NCBI RefSeq assembly: GCF_031769215.1
Contig: NW_026782019.1
Coordinates: 558,001 to 622,000 of the forward strand
Source of the DNA: Ylistrum balloti
Lineage: Eukaryota
Reading direction: 5' to 3'
Length of the DNA stretch: 64,000 bases
Under the pieces are notes generated by a model. It saw only the letters and a list, made by a program, of their open reading frames with translations. It did no database searches and was not told the DNA's origin. Below, one piece after another: positions 26,907 through 39,792 of this stretch (its first letter is position 1; every line of letters starts with the position of its first letter). A program made the translations under genes and the position numbers.

Positions 26907-27730
26907 CATCATACAGTTGTTTCGTCCTTCTAAGACTCATCAGTGATGCTACATCACACAGTTGTTTCGTCCTTCTAAGACTCATCAGTGATGATACATC
27001 ATACAGTTGTTTCGTCCTTCTAAGACTCATCAGTGATGCTACATCATACAACTGTTTCGTCCTACTAAGACTCATCAGTGATACTAAATCATCAGTGGCG
27101 CTACATCACACAGTTGTTTCGTCCTTCATCAGTGATGACTCATCAGTGATGCTACATCATACAACTGTTTCGTCCTACTAAGACTCATCAGTGATACTAA
27201 ATCATACAGTTGTTTCGTCCTTCTAGGACTCATCAGTGATGCTACATCACACAGTTGTTTCGTCCTCCTAAGACTCATCAGTGATGATACATCATACAGT
27301 TGTTTCGTCCTTCTAAGACTCATCAGTGATGCTACATTATACAGTTGTTTCGTCCTTCTAAGACTCATCAGTGATGCTGTGTCATACAACTGTTTCGTCC
27401 TTCTAGGACTTATCAGTGATGCTACATCATACAACTGTTCGTCCTTCTAGGACTCATCAGTGATGCTACATCATACAGTTGTTTCGTCCTTCTAAGACTC
27501 ATCAGTGATGCTACATCATACAACTGTTTCGTCCTACTAAGACTTATCAGTGATGCTACATCATACAGTTGTTTCGTCCTTCTAGGACTCATCAGTGATG
27601 CTACATCATACAACTGTTTCGTCCTTCTAGGACTCATCAGTGATGCTACATCATACAGTTGTTTCGTCCTTCTAGGACTCATCAGTGATGCTACATCATA
27701 CAACTGTTTTGTCCTTCTAGGACTCATCAG
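26907..27730 (-). ncRNA. Tandem array of 18 ~45-nt minimal hammerhead ribozyme units
   Basis: Minus-strand unit is UGAUG-UAG-CAUCA-CUGAUGA-GUC(C/U)-UAGAA-GGAC-GAAAC-(AACU|AGUU)-GUA. It contains the full catalytic core, a 4-bp stem II, a 5-bp stem I and a GUA cleavage triplet in the correct order. Activity is not demonstrated. Confidence 0.88.
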
Positions 27731-28949
27731 TTATTTTAATTGTCTAAATCATCAAATGTAGGAGGCGACCGAGAGGAAATATAAAATGATCGGAACAAAA
27801 GTCATAACCTACAATGGGAGTTAATGAATAAAGCCTCAGAATTCAACAAAGCTACATGTCGTTTTTACTTAAATAGGCTAGATAGCGACTAAAAAAACAG
27901 CGACTGAAAATAAACAGCGACTGAAAATAAACAGCGAAAATAAACATAAATATCAAAATAATAAACAAGAATTACTTGTGTCTAGTTCAACGGTACCTCA
28001 GGTACTGAATCAAGAGCTAGGTGACGTACGTAAAGTGCGGTACATGAATATAAAGTACCGTCAGCTTAACAAGTTTTGAACCCTGCTTGTTCAATAGTGA
28101 TAACAATATGATATATATGCGATTCCTGTTACGTTATTCCCAAGGTACACTGTTTGAAATTTCTATTATATTTCAATTTAATATATCTTTTTTAGCTATA
28201 AGTATGTTATAGCACATGATAAAGTTAACAGAGTATGCATTATATTTTCTGAAAATGGTTAATTTTGACCTATAAAAATTTTAAAAAAGGTTATTTGGCT
28301 ATGTCTTTTCTCACATATTAAGCCACGTATCGATACTAGTGTTTCCTTATACAGAACAATATCGTCATATCTAGTTTTGCTATTAACAGGTCAAAGAAAT
28401 AATCATTATTTCAACAAATAAGTAAAAAAATAGTTAAAAAACCAAAATTGTAAAAAATATTTATCATAATCCTAGGCTAACAATGCACTGCTTACCCGGG
28501 CGAATGTCAATTCATAATTTATACGTTCCTACTATAGCACGTAAATCTCCCAATCTTTTCTACTTTGATCATGAGACAGGAAAACAAGCACGTGATGTTC
28601 AGATATGTAACATACTATACAATATTGATAATCAATATATGTACATGTGTATTAAATAAACACACGCGTATTAACCATGTGTAATTCTATCATCGTACAC
28701 GGGGAAAAATCTAGATCAGTAGCGATACAATAGTTTCACGATATTTATGTTTGATAAGGATTGCGACAGGGAATTGCGGTATTGTAAATAACCTTGTCTT
28801 TACATTAAAGCAATATTTGTTTAGATACGTTGCAGTTATGGGGAAAATCATTAAAGAAAATACCGACAAGTAGACTGAATCTTAATTCAAACCTATACTG
28901 GAGGGGGAAAGACGACAGAATACTCTTTTTTAAGAAGAAAAGAAAAATA

Positions 28950-29110
28950 CGAAAGATTCCTGAAACATACAAGAATAAGACCAAATGCTTCGAAAGGGTA
29001 AACGTTTTCTGCTTCACTGGAAACATCCAACACATAAATTTTGGCCATTGCAGGTAAGTAATGTCAAGTTTAAAGATGATACCAAGATAAACAACAATGA
29101 AATCTATATC
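28950..29110 (-). mobile_element. Penelope-like element 3' region fragment
   Basis: AAGAATAAGACCAAATGCTTCGAAAGGGTAAACGTTTTCTGCTTCACTGG is the same dispersed motif. Confidence 0.55.
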
Positions 29111-29319
29111 ACAAAGAACGTTATTTAAAGTGAATTTAAATGATCATGTGTATTTTCAACGATATTAGGTAAAATATGGTATACTATGTACATATAAAAC
29201 TCTATGGTTAAAGTAAACATGGTATTAGTAGTATCTGCATGTGTATTTGAAATTGAGTTTGTCGAAGTTAAAGAGGTATCGTTTTATGAACAGCTTCATT
29301 TAGATTAGTTATTGTGTTA

Positions 29320-29620
29320 TTGTAACACTAGATTATCTTTTGTTTCCAGTTTTTCATCTGTACATGAAACACCTTTTAAGCAAATACAACTCTGTACTTT
29401 ACAAGAGAAAATATCCATTGTCCGAATCTTACCAAATTGAATCGACATTTTCTTTAGGTTTTGTTCGTTTATTATTTGAAATCTCGCCAACCCTCCGCTC
29501 CCCCTCCTGTGTTTAGGGTTTAATTCGGGATAATATCCTACTTGCATTCCTGAATGATTATCACTTTTAGCCCTAGGAATCACTGACCAGGACAAAGTAG
29601 CGATATTGTTCCTCAGTAAC
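29320..29620 (-). mobile_element. Possible decayed LINE APE-endonuclease fragment
   Basis: Translation GYYPELNPKHRRGSGGLARF resembles the 'R..NPKARRxSGGI' segment of non-LTR endonucleases. Short and diverged. Confidence 0.35.
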
Positions 29621-29914
29621 TTCGTTTACTCTGAAACATGCTGTTACCGTCTTTTATTCAATCTTTGATGTCATTTCTTCACGAATACGTCATTACTGCC
29701 ATCTCTGAAAATGGCATTATGGTTTCATCCAATCCTCTCCCGCTGACAAAACCGGGCTGTTGGATTTGTTGACTCGCGAAAATGTTTACAATAATAGGTG
29801 GAAAGTCGGATTGAGTACTATATTTATAATATTTTATTTGACAAAACATGACCTATTATTAGCGATATCACCTTAGTGGGAAACACTTTTTCTTGTGCGA
29901 TAATGAAATTAGAC

Positions 29915-30025
29915 CTCTTCGACGCTTGTTACATTGAGGGTGAAGCTGAAGAAGTAGAAAACGCTTACCAGTCTGAAACGCATGATGCTAATCTCCGTGT
30001 ACTTTTTCAAATGTCTCAGTCTTAA
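29915..30025 (+). mobile_element. Penelope-like element 3' region fragment
   Basis: GAAGAAGTAGAAAACGCTTACCAGTCTGAAACGCATGATGCTAATCTCC is a diverged copy of the dispersed motif. Confidence 0.45.
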
Positions 30026-30859
30026 TTATTTTTTTTTAATTTTCCTGCTGGTTCATGGAGTTTGACTCTAAAGTGCAATATTCCTTTTGTGTGGATTTAT
30101 CTGATGGCCATAGATCAATAATGTTGACATACATCAAACTGATCGTATACGCTCAGTGGTTTGGTAAACACTAACGACTATTATCACGGATGCCATCTAG
30201 AGATACGTTCCTATTTTCTACTTTTATATTGCAAAAGAAAATATTACAGCAAGTAAAGATATACAAAAAATGTTACATGTTTGAGGACAAACCGAGGAAG
30301 CGAGAATTCTAATGGAGCTGGTAATCAACCTAAATGCTGAGTAAATACATAATAATATTAAAGTCTTGTAGTTTTAAATACATATGACAGAACAAAGTGC
30401 AAGGAAACATCAATACTTTCAGAAACATATATTTCGATTTTAAAACATATACTTTTCAATTTATATTATATATTTTTCCGTTGGAGTTGTTTAGAAATCT
30501 AGGATAAATATTCATCGTTTTGATAATTAAATATTCGATAAGCAACATTTTACACTGTTTGACCGGATTATTGATGTTCCTGGTTCGAGTAAGTCTATGT
30601 TAGACACTATCGCGAGTCATCTCCTGATGTCATAATACCAATAGTGATGAAAAATCTATATAGTGGTAGAGATTTCTCAATTATTTTCATCATCTTATTG
30701 ATGCAAATATATTTTCATGAATACGTGTTTTTTAATATATTATATTCGTATGTCGAAATAAGCTAGTTTGCATGGATTTTGTAGATATACCTTTCCTTAT
30801 ATTAATTTCGCTATTGATATGGAACTCATGCCACCTGGGAAAATTAAAAACAAAAGAAA

Positions 30860-31050
30860 AAGATACAAGGAGACTACTTAAAAGGTAAAAGGAAAATAAC
30901 ACCTGGTGTTCCGGTAGTGTAAGTGTCTTCTGCTTCATCGATGACACCCGTCATGTAACTCTTGGTCAATCCAATCAAACAATGTAACTTTCTTAAATAA
31001 GAACATGGTATATAACAACGGAACCAACTGACACGCATTAAACATTATTT
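30860..31050 (-). mobile_element. Penelope-like element 3' region fragment
   Basis: ACCTGGTGTTCCGGTAGTGTAAGTGTCTTCTGCTTCATCGATGACACCCGTCATGTAACTCTTGGTCAATCCAAT aligns with the copies at 10.3 and 23.4 kb. Confidence 0.65.
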
Positions 31051-31852
31051 CTCAATGAGATCTCTATGACGATGTATATGTGTTTTTAATTGTATCGGCG
31101 AAAGCATCAAGACAAGCAATTAACATCGTTCATCGTATCAATTGTGTGATTACAATTCATAGAAAACTACTATTGTGAAAATATGTAAAATGTATTTATC
31201 TTATAATTATCTGTGACGTGGAAATGAATGATATACAGGACCAAACCTATGTTCCGTGTTGTTCTGTGAAGAGCTTTTGGAGAAATGCTAGTATTTTGTA
31301 CGTTAGTAAGACTATAGAAACATTTACAACAAACCGTTTACAAAACAAATATCCTCCACATACAAGCAGTATTGATCACATAGACCGGTACTTATTTACA
31401 CATTACATAGAACACTTGAATAAAGTACACAAATCGGTGACAAATAATCCCTGGTCTTATTTAACAAAATATTGATTGAATAACTTTTACCTCTTAGATG
31501 TAAAGAAAAAACCATTAAACCGTTACACGAGGTAAATACAAAGTAAATAAACAGAGGCATTATCATGCTAGGGTGATACAATAGTATACTATTGATTATA
31601 AGTACAACGATAAATAAAGATAAACAAATAAAATTATCTGAAGTCTTTAAATTGTGGAGTTAATTAAAGCATACATCATTTGGTTGTCAATAAAAAATTC
31701 TAGATGGTCGTTTTACAATAAAAAATTCATTGAAATTAGAAATGATATATGAGAAATATAATACAGGTAAGAAAGAAATCATATAATTTTTTTCTAAACA
31801 TATTTTAAATGATATATCTTACAATGAAAGATACTAATGAAAGTCGTCTTAC

Positions 31853-32260
31853 CTTTGGATATGTTATCGTCTTGGAGAAGAAACTTTCAACGTGTCCCTG
31901 AGCTCGGCCGATGAGCAGAATGACCAATGAACTAAATGTCAATAGAGGAGTTCGGAATAATAGAGGGGTTCAGAATGTATTATCTCAGCGCGTGCAGGTT
32001 CGTGCCATTTCCAATCGATCAAGCTGGCAGTAGCAGTTTCAATGCTGCCACAATTAGTTATCCAGCAACAGATTTTCAATCAAGACGTTTTGTATCACCG
32101 ATCGGCGGACGAGACCTCTTTTGTGGCTGGCAGAGAGACAGCTGTATGTGGTAGCATTAAACATTCATCTGTGTTAATTGTAGTCTTATCTGCGCGTGAG
32201 CAGTCGACAGTGCCGATACTGTCATGACGCTCCTAGCACCATGTGCTGGTTTCAATTCAC
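31853..32260 (-). other. Candidate non-coding first exon / promoter region, possibly of the SLC45 gene
   Basis: Locally GC/CpG-richer segment ending in a strong donor CCAAAG|gtaagac at 31852. The SLC45 ATG exon starts with an acceptor, so an upstream 5'UTR exon must exist. The link to SLC45 is inference only. Confidence 0.3.
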
Positions 32261-33360
32261 AAGGAATCTGTATTTATCTTTTTATATAAACTAAACCTGC
32301 CGCCTTAGATCTAATTAGAAACTTTTTTTATTAGCATCGTTTGAAGATTCATCGGCATAAAAGAGAATCCTGACGTAAAGATACCACAGTAGATGGTCTT
32401 CGAAACAAAAAGTTTTTTTTCTATAAGAACATTAAAAAACAAAATCAATCAAAAAATAAAATCATGTGACAAATGAGGATTTATTAAAGAAGTATTAATA
32501 AGCAATAAGCAATTAGAATTCAAGACCAATTTGTTCATATTCCTGTGTCGAAATGAAGCATGAAAAAAAGAAAGATAATTGATATGCAAGTGCATACAGA
32601 TGTGTTCCTTGCCTTCTTTTATTTGTATATTAAAAACATATGATTTTTTGTGGATTCTAATGAACTGTATAGACATTTTGTGCCCCTTTGTTTCACTGAC
32701 ATTGGTTTAAAGAATAGAAAAATTGATGTAACTGATATCCTTTGGAATCGCTATTCTTGAATTAATTTTGTATAAGGAATTTTACCCTTGTTGAAAATTC
32801 ATATGATTTTAGATTTTTAAAGACCGTTAGTAGCAAAAAGAATAATGCAGTCAACAAATGAGTTTACACTTTATAAAACGACAATATTCAGCTATGCTTG
32901 GTTTCTCTTATAAAGAAATTTAAATACACTAGATGTTGATAAACATCATGGCTGCCACTACGCTCAGATCGAGATTCATCAGTTTGGTATAGATATATTT
33001 CAGAAGATGTCTATTTTTCACACAAAGAATGAAAAATTATTTTTGCGGCATTTGAAAACGTTTATGTGGGCGGTTTAGCAAACAACAGCGAGCGGAATAG
33101 TTGACACATAAAACGTCACTTAGACTACCTGCTGTATCAGATTGTTAATTGGAACGAAAGTGCGTCCCGACAATATGACAACTGACTTTACACTTTACAC
33201 ACCAAATAATGAACTGTCGTCAAAACTCATTTATTTGCACTCTTTGCGTGATAAAGGAAGAAGACGTTTTTGAAAGCTCACAAAAATACCCTTTTTAATC
33301 GCTGTTTGTTCTAAACATACATATTATCTAGATAATAGATTTATTAAGTTTAATGCCACA

Positions 33361-33720
33361 TGCTTTCTTCTTATTTCACATTTTATTGTGTCAACTTTGT
33401 CTTGTGACGTTGAAAGCAATCCAGGCCCATTACAAAGTATAAACTTGTTCCATTTAAGTTGCCAGAAAAAGACAACCTTGATAGAATGGTAGAAGCCATA
33501 TTTGAGAATAATGATATAGTCTGTATGAGTAAATCTCATTAAAACCTTTCAATAACTAACCTTGATATTAAGATGCATACATTCAATTCCGATCCTCATA
33601 GAAAAGACTTACTAGTCTGGAGGATGGACTTATTGTTACCCCAAAGATTTTGTTATGATAAGTTTAATTCCCTTAGAAAGGGATGATGCTGACTTCTATA
33701 TCTATATATCTATTATTTGA
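33361..33720 (+). mobile_element. Decayed LINE (CR1/L2-like) fragment: 2A-like peptide followed by APE endonuclease N-terminus
   Basis: TLSCDVESNPGPLQSINLFHLS at 33394-33459. Then, frameshifted, ENNDIVCMSKSH*NLSITNLDIKMHTFNSDPHRKD...GLIV, matching 'DIxCxSETHL...P.RKDR..GGG.IVY'. Confidence 0.7.
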
Positions 33721-36700
33721 CTGAGAATGCGAAGCTTCAAATCACATTACTAATATTTCTTTATCAGCTGGTGACCTTGAATTACCTCAGACAGCATTAC
33801 CCAATGCCGCTTATTCACCAAGAAACATTCAAGGCACCGAGTAAGATGTTTTCGATCAAACTGATCTTCTCAACATCAATAACCCCCTGGCCCTGATAAT
33901 GGTATCTCCAAAGGTGGGGTTTCCAGTAATGTTAATTTTCCATAGAGGTCGGCTTAAAGATTTTTCCACCCTTCGATACACCTCACGGATACGTTGCTTT
34001 CTGCCATCAAGTTTGTTCACTTGGCATTACAATTCATCCTAATTATATCAATGACACACTCGCCTAATTAACTAATTACGTAACTAAGATATTAAACTAT
34101 AAACGCCGATTGTCACCAAAAAAAAAAAAAAAAATAAATAAATAATAATTTCGAACCATAAACTAAATTCCGAAATGCTAAAACAGTAATCATACCACTA
34201 TTATTATTGATGTTTGAACATTTTGTGAGAAAAACGTCAATTTTTTGTGAACAAATGGCATTTTGAATGTATTTCATATTTAGTTCTTTCAAAATCATAT
34301 GGCATATATGTAGATTTATCCGTTATCCTAACCGTGCCCAAAGATCGAAACTTCACCATTTGTGCAAAGTATTGATTTTTTTTACTTTGATGTGTATCAC
34401 CACAATGACTTGTTGAACCATAGTGAGCATAGGGGACAACCCTGTTACACTCCAAACCTTTACACGTACACACGTACGTGCTTTGACTAATACATAACAA
34501 CCTAACTTTCATACAAGTAATACCGACATGTCCTCGAATAACTATATCTGTCAATTATAATTAGAACGTTGAATACGATATATCATATGACCGATAGTTA
34601 CTATAAACATCTTTCAACAATATATTATATACCCCAAATACCTCAATGTCGTTAATTGTTCTTTTGACATTACCTTCTACATTGAGGTAGAGACTTCAAA
34701 CACCTAACACAGTACCGTTCTCACAATAAGGGATAGATGTGCAGGTGCGGGTTGTAACGTGGTCTTTAGGAACAATATCAAAACCAAGAAATCTGGTAGA
34801 ACTATCAGACTTCCCAAGCACAACTGGTTATTTGATGTTTTAGAAGCAGATGGCAATACCTTTACTGATGATCAAGAGATAAGTATGTGTGTTAAGTGTT
34901 TTGAGAATAAAACGCCAACTTATCTTTCATCACAAGCTGTGGCGTCCTTGGTCCTCACGTCTTTGTTCACATCATCTCGTAGGGAAAGTAATTATCATTT
35001 ACGTTGAAATTCGCGCTGATGAAAGAGAAATGTTGACTTCCCAGCTACCTTCACGATCAAAGATAATAATCAATGATCTTTTGGAGATCTTTTCGTTTCT
35101 CCTTTCTAGATGATGCAGATTGCAAAGCCTGGACTGGTTGGACAAGAACACAGTTTCCAAAAAAATTCTTATTGTTCATCCTCTTCTGGTACTGGTATTT
35201 ACACTATCTTAACATGTCAATTTCCAGTATATTGACAACATTTCATTCCATAGTAAAACATCAGAAATAATCATTGTTCATTGTTCCTTGGACGTGGACA
35301 TCTTACAAGAGAAGATATTCTGGAACACAATACTGATCTCAGAAGCATTTGTTGGCCGGCGGGCGACTGTCATGCTTGACGGTACATATATCTTAAGAGA
35401 CGAAGCGGAACCTTTTGAAGATCATGAGCATAGGCTTGCCTGGTGGGTACATTCTGGGCACAGAAGGACCTTTTCTTGCAAGCGATAATGGTAGAAAGAT
35501 TCATCATGGATAGCCTCTCTTAGCTCGAGAAAGATGACAACGTCGTTGGTGATCGAAGTTTAGGGATGTTTTGCCATATTAAAATCACGTGATTTGACAA
35601 CCGTATGCCGTTTTATCTACAACTTCGACACACTCAACAGTACGACCTATCATTGACGATTTAAGCAATGGTTGTTTTTCAACTTGCTTCCAACTATTTT
35701 ATTGATGTTAGAACAGTAACAGCCTGTTCCAAAGGTATCCAAGGACCAATATATGTTAGAACACAAGAGCGAAACGAAAAGGATAAGGCAATGGCTGCCA
35801 AAATGAAAGCCAGATCTTACTAGAAGAGCCAAGTCAAACAATCTGCTACTGCGGATAATTATGATTTTTCAAAGTGTGAATACATACAGACAATACCCTG
35901 GGTCACATGATATTTCATGAAACGGTTTTTTTTTAATTATTTTTGCGAGTCCTGGCGATCAAAACTAAAAGAACATCTTGACAATTTCTATAAAATCTCA
36001 TATGAAATGAAAACAAATTCGAGATATTTTAAAAAGAATAGGAAAGAAAAAATGAACTCAGAAAAGTGAGATTATTTACATGTTTTAATATATAAAAATG
36101 ATGGAGACAAATTCAAACGTAGACAATCATATGGTTGTGTTATTTTCATGACATAACAATATAGTTCTAACTTGAAACAGTTAATGGTAAAACACTCCAG
36201 GTTATATGGCACTTGAGACCATTCCGCAGAACGTGGGCGAATTCCCCAGATAACACGCGAATGATGCAATAAATGTTGATGAAAATAGTAATGAAGTTTT
36301 ACATTCCTACGAATAAATGTTATCGAAAAGTACTGATGCTATTAGTGTTAAACTACATCCATCTTTTCTAGTAGATATTAGTTACAGTAAAATCACCTAC
36401 CAATCATTTGGACGTTTTTGTATTGTTTGCATCAGTATTATGACTACCACGTAATTACGAACCGTTTCAAAACAACATTGGAAATCATTTTGCTAATCAG
36501 ACAACTGACTTGTTACAAACACAAATAACATGGATTGTTCCACAGTATACAGATGTCAGGTGTCAGGCAGATATATTTGCTGTATGTTTACCAAGAGTAA
36601 ACTAATAGAATAATGCAACGATTGTGAAATTATGGACAAAAGTGGCTGCAAGTGAAGCGTGCCTGCTTGATCTTCCATACGTTATTGAAACCACCTGAAT

Positions 36701-39270
36701 GATATTCAAAGTATTTACAGTGATGTACAAAGGAGGCCGCAAAATGTGTGACGTGTCAGTATGTGGTTATCAATAACTAAAATCTATATTCTCTGGCGTC
36801 ATTTATGACCTATAAATTAGTTTCGTGATATAAAAACATGCATTGATTATTAATACGACACCATATATAGAATTCTAAACCCACTTTTTAAACAAAAAGG
36901 CTGCAGGTCTTTTAGACACGCGCACGCAATGCCATTCTACATGATTAGAAGAACCACGATACTGGCATTACTAAATGTAATATTGGTAATAGAAAGACAT
37001 TTTTTTTTTCTGAGAAATTCTTGATATTATGTTCTGAAATATCAAGGACTATCTATATTTATCTTATTAAAACATGTCTGATATATAAATCTGATAATAA
37101 CTAATTTGACGATCGTTGGTTTAAACTGCACCTTAATTACCATATAATTTGGAATAATCTTTCTCCTTCATTAAACTGCTCTCACACATACAAAACCATT
37201 TAAGGCCTATATAGCTACAATATTTACCCTTTTGATGTGATTAGTTAGATTTTTTCGTGATAAACACACTTTATTGTAAAAACGATTCAATTAATTTGGA
37301 ATTGATATGATTTGAATAGTTTTTTTTTCTAAGATATTAATACCTGATTATTCCTAAGATGTCTCGTTAGATTCACTTACATTTTTCTATACTACAGACC
37401 GGAAATCAAAATAAAGAAACAGATGCTTCGTCCCTCTCTTCACGATCCACTTTCCGATTCAAGCCGGTAGTTTTTATCAGTTTTCTTCAAGGGCCTAATC
37501 GAATACAGATGCCATTATGTTGAAGAGAATTCCAGTTCCGAACCAATCTTTAGCTTGTCCCCCGTCGTCTGGTGAACGTCATGACGTTTGCTGGCCTTAT
37601 GCTATAGAAATTCGCTAATACCGGGTTTCGTGTCGGTATTGGAAAGTTGACAAGATAAACGTATATGTTTTAGATATTTTTGGTTTCTCCATTCGATTAC
37701 AATGGATTGGAGACAGTCAATAAATCTTCATTTAGTTAAAGTATTTTAAACAATTTGTAACCAAAACAGAGATGGTTTAATTTAAGTAATATCTGTCAAA
37801 TATGAACTAAACTTTAAAGCAGGTATGAGTTTAAACTTAAATTATATTTGATTGGTCTCAAAGGCAACACTGTTTTCTCAGTAAACTATCAAATTTAAGA
37901 CTCAAATCAGTAGTGACTGTCAAAGTTACTCAGTAGATTCTCGCCTGGAACTATTGAATTTTTTGGAACTTTTATATACACATTTTATAGGAATTCTCAA
38001 ATTGTTTGCAGTGAGCTCCTTGTATAGTACCTATAGAAACTAGGTATTATATATATATATATATGGTTGTTACACAATTACGGTCAAATCAATCTACATT
38101 AATAAGCAATCAAAGGACCTGTTCTGAAAAAAAGGTTTTTAATTGTTTTGATTGTGAACATAAGGGGAATTGTTTTCACCTTTTTGTGGCTCTTGTACTT
38201 TTTTCTAACGATTTGTCTGCAATAACATTTGAGAATTAGTCAAACGAGCCAGTCAATTACTCCAAGAAATGACTAGAATTCAATTGATGGTCATTGTTGT
38301 GTTTTTATAAACACTGTGGCTGAAATAACTCATGACAGGCGTTGATAGGAATTTTCGTTTACAATAGTTTATCTAAACTACTGACAGCATCAAACATATG
38401 TTACCTCTCACAGAAGAATCTTTGATAGGAACAGTACGTGACGCGCTTGCATATCGAACGTGCCTTTATAGAGCGAGATAAATTATTTATCACACGATGT
38501 CATTGATGTTGTCCATATACAATTTTCTAACTTTCTGGTAGACAAAAATATTCCATAAAGGAAATCAAACAATGGGGAGATTTTAAAGAGTCAATGTAGC
38601 CCATTGCGCCATGTGAAACAGTGTAGACATGCTATTGGAAGCGAATTGAAGTGACAGAAACAGTAAATAACTACCTTAGGCTTTCAAAGATATTCAATTG
38701 TAAAATTCATTGAAGATTGAAAACATTTTACAATATAATAGAGAAGTAAAGGATGAATTGTACTAGTAGTCTCAAAGCTGGTTCCAACGGATCTCTTTCC
38801 TTGAAATGATGAAAGGAATTTCTCAAACTGTATTTGGCTCAGGGTTCAATGCAGTTGTTTAATGTAAGTTTCATTCATTAATCTTTAAATAGTTTTATTC
38901 ATAAACATACGAATGAATAACGACACTTCAGTGATAAGTTCCTTACAGACACGTGTCAAACTTAAATTAATTCGACAAAAACTCATCATGGTATCAAAGG
39001 TTGCACATTTTGGTCTTTTTGTCGTTATTGTACATGTTTTGTTTACTTTGTTGTTTTACGGCCAATATGCCTTGTATATAAGCTAATTTAAAAAAAAAAA
39101 TGTAATGAACCTTTTTCTTGACATTGTTCAGAAATTGTTTAATATCAATGCAATATCATCACTCAAATAGATATGACTCAATACCAGTATTGTTTAAGAT
39201 ATGCAGTGTTTGTGATTTTACTGTCCTCTTGACTGCTTTTTCTAGTAATAAAATCAAACATACATTATAA

Positions 39271-39792
39271 GTTCACCTGATCAGAAGTACCAAGGTAAGC
39301 TTACGCCGTGACGTCCGTCCATCGGCAGCTCGTCGTCTGACGTCCGTGAACAAGACTTAAAACACTAACAATCATGAACAATTCAACGATATTTGACCTA
39401 ATATGGTCAGAGGCATCCTTGAGAGTAGTGTTCGTCTGATATAAATAGTAGGTCTGAAGTTGTTAAGGGGCGGGGCCAAAAATGGAAATTGAGCAAATTC
39501 TCTAAAATCATTCCATTGGATAAAGAGAAATTAATTTGGTTTAAACTGTAAGTTTTGCCCCCAACTGAGGCGGGAGAGGTGTGTCCTAATATGGGAAATT
39601 GATCATTTGTTTTGTAGAATTGACAACATTCTGTCCCGATTTGGTCCAAAGCATTCTTGGGTGAAGGAGGTTTTTGTATCTATGGTTTCGCTGATCTCTG
39701 GGAAATGGATATGAACTTTTAGAATTCCTTCGCCTTTTGTTGGGATAAAGCAAAGCTTGGTGAGCGACACATACCTTACGGGTCTCTTGTTC
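39271..39792 (+). mobile_element. Non-autonomous Helentron-associated (HINE-like) element with diverged internal repeats
   Basis: 5' end GTTCACCTGA followed by a CGTCCGT-like microsatellite. Internal CAGAGGCATCCTTGAGAG / CAAAGCATTCTTGGGTGAAGG repeat motifs. 3' end GGTGAGCGAC...GGGTCTCTTGTT with a short TCACC/GGTGA inverted repeat. This matches the architecture recalled for oyster HINEs. Confidence 0.7.

Noticed and set aside
35014-35035. CTGATGAAAGAGAAA
   Set aside because: No stem II is possible between the core elements.
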